Below, one piece after another: positions 61,731 to 64,000 of a stretch of DNA of 64,000 nt (its first letter is position 1; the number at the start of each line of letters is the position of its first letter). The stretch covers positions 496,001 through 560,000 of the forward strand of contig OY740810.1 of the NCBI GenBank assembly GCA_963514005.1, written 5' to 3'. This DNA comes from Raja brachyura. Taxonomy: Eukaryota. The notes beneath the pieces are model-generated. The model was not told the origin of the DNA. It did no database searches and saw only the letters and a list, made by a program, of their open reading frames with translations. The position numbers and the translations under genes are program-made.

Positions 61731-62103
61731 CAAGTGTGCAGGAGATCACAATGTTATAATCGAGTACATTCAGTGGGAATGTAAATTTTACTCTCGTGAG
61801 TGATTCCGTGAAGAAGACCCGTCAGGCCGCATGCGCATCAGTACGTCAGTTGCATTGACGCACGGAGGCTGTGAGGAACAGAGCTCCTCCAGCGGTAAGT
61901 ATTCAGACTCCAGGTAAGTGATAAAACTTTCAATGGAGTTCGAGTCCGTGCTGGCTGGTACGCTTATCTGCCGATCGCTAGCATGGACAAAACAGGGAAG
62001 GGAAAGCGGTGAGTCACAGCCAGCCGCGGCAGTTCAGGTTTGGAAATGCTGCCTCATACCCCTGTGCAGTCGCTAGCTACAGAGTTAGGAGACTGCAGAC
62101 TTA

Positions 62104-63188
62104 TTGCTACACAGCACAGAGCCAGCGCCATTAGGGCGTAAGGCACCTGAAAGGTCTGCTAGGCCCACGGAGTTGGGGGATGATTCCTCACCGGGGCTGG
62201 ATAGAGTGTGTTCACGCCTATCCCAAGTGGAGGAGCTGTTGCATACAGTCCTCCAGAAAACTTCACTCCAGGAGAAGGAGTGTCAGCGCCACTCAGAGCC
62301 AGAGGCGCCAGCAGCAACAGTGCTGCCAGATAACCCCTTCACTTTTGTGGGGAGTGCAATGGGTCAGATCAGTCCTGACCCTGAATCTGATGGGGAGATC
62401 CAGCCAGGAGAAACAGTGGACTTACCAGATGTTCCACCACTGGCAGTACCATTTGCTGTCCCATCAAGAGCAGGGGAGCCGTTAGGTGAAGAGCTGGCCG
62501 CCACAATAAATTATATGGTTTCTCACCAGCTCCAGGAGCTCACTATGGATGAGACAGCCAAAAAACATGAGCCTCCAAGTAACTCATATGGGGTCAGATG
62601 GGACCCAGCATGCAAAGTCAAGAGATTAAGATGCAGAGGGTCCTAAAATTATTGGTCTCTGGCATTATGGTATTCACAAGAACAATGGAGGGTGGTGATG
62701 TGACCAGAACGCATCAAGAGGCTTTGGGGTTGCTATGTAGCACCCATTTTGAGATTAATTGTATCAGAAAAAGGGCTATTAGACCCACCATTAATCCCAG
62801 ATTTGCTGCGCTTTGCAAGCCAACAAATATCCAGCCATCCAATCTATTGTTTGGCGCAGACCTTACCAAGCAGGTCAAAGAGATAAATGAAGAAGCAAAA
62901 ACAATGAGCCTGATAAGACCAATGTTGACCGGCAGACCACTGAAGAGGAAGTATCCTTACAGAACCACCTCAGCGTCCGGGGCTACACCAGGGACAAGCC
63001 GGTCCTCAGCGCAGGGGCGCGGATGGTATCCTTCAACTGGAGCACGAGCAACCATGGGGGCCACTGCCAGAGGCTGGGGTCAGCAGGGCGCACCAGTTAC
63101 CAGAGAGGTAGGTGGGCCTGGTTCTCATAAAAACATATTAAGTGTAACACAGGAAAAAGTTGGTGGTAGATTATGGCTTTTTTTATGA
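62104..63188 (+). pseudogene. DIRS ORF1 (gag-like), frameshifted
   Basis: ORFs 62104-62646 and 62598-63188 (..IRKRAIRPTINPRFAALC..LFGADL); homologous to 6288-6608. Confidence 0.8.
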
Positions 63189-64000
63189 AGAATGGAAGTA
63201 GCTTACTTCAGATCTGTTTATCAGGAGTGCGATTCAAGGGTTTCGGATTGAATTTAACCCAAATGGTGATTTACCTCTCCAACATGTCCCTAGCAGAACA
63301 CTTTATTTTTCACAAACAGAGGTAATAGAGGTTCAGGCTGAACTTGAAAAATTGTGCAACAAAGGAGTAATTGAGAAGACGATTCATCAAGTCCGTCAAT
63401 TTGTGTCAAATATATTTTGCCGGCCCAAAAAGGATGGAGGATGCAGAATCATTTTGGACCTTACAAAGTTAAATCCATTTGTACTCTATAGACACTTCAA
63501 AATGGAAACGTTGGTTACCGCCAAGCAACTGATTTCCAGAGGTTGTTATATGGCAACCATAGATCTGAAAGACGCTTACTACTCAGTGCCTGTTCATTGC
63601 GAGCATGGAAAGTATTTTAAAATTTATTTGGATTTATCAATTATGGCAGTTTAAGGCACTGCCGAATGGTTTAACCTCAGCTCCTAGAGTATTCACTAAA
63701 TTGTTAAAACCAATTTTGGGGCTACTTAGAGGTCAGGGCCATGTAATTATGGCCTATCTGGATGATATTTTAATTATCGGACAAACGAGAGAATTAGCTG
63801 AAACATCAGTGGCATTTGTCAAATTCACACTTGAAAAACTGGGGTTTGTCATTCATTTGGGAAAATCTAAATTGACACCAATTACCACAATTGATTATTA
63901 GGGTTTCACAATTGACTCACTTAAAATGGTAATTACTTTGCCCAGGGAGAAAAGTGTAGAGCTAATTGATGATTGTATAAAACATTTAAACAAACACCAA
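63150..64000 (+). pseudogene. DIRS reverse transcriptase, disrupted
   Basis: VGGRL, FVSNIFCRPKKDGGCRIILDL, HFKMET, IDLKDAYYSVP, QFKALPNGLTSAPRVFTK, YLDDILI; frameshift near 63620-63640 and stop at 63899-63901. Confidence 0.92.

Larger units (their letters stand above)
61786..64000 (+). mobile_element. Second DIRS1-type retrotransposon (5' part; continues beyond the window)
   Basis: Left end ttttactctcgtgagtgattccgtgaagaagacccgtcaggccgcatgcgc resembles 3750-3807; followed by gag-like and DIRS-type RT sequences. Confidence 0.9.

Overview
Eukaryotic, repeat-dominated non-coding DNA; I found no convincing host gene. The repeat complement (tRNA-derived V-SINE/HE1-like SINEs, many CR1 LINEs with (TTTCTATG)n or (CTATTGT)n tails, Rex1/Babar, L1, Penelope-like elements) points to a cartilaginous fish, probably a skate or ray (inference). 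Almost all long ORFs in the track are retrotransposon remnants or their antisense shadows. Highlights: (1) a 5.2-kb DIRS1-type tyrosine-recombinase retroelement (3750-8955) with perfect ITR/ICR/right-end architecture, a decayed interior and an RT domain deleted at a CCAGGG microhomology, i.e. a candidate non-autonomous DIRS; (2) a related RT-bearing DIRS from 61786 to beyond the window end, sharing the ATTTTA junction core and a CAG|GTAAGT donor about 127 nt from the left end; (3) many small Penelope pLTR-derived units carrying a minimal hammerhead-ribozyme motif, present as TSD-flanked monomers, fold-back units and a 66-bp tandem array; (4) a MITE with perfect TIRs, a 78-bp tandem array of a LINE/SINE tail, a 144-bp unclassified retroposon with a 13-bp TSD, and several nested insertions. 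There is one 184-N assembly gap. All calls are by eye with no database searches; boundaries of old repeats are approximate.
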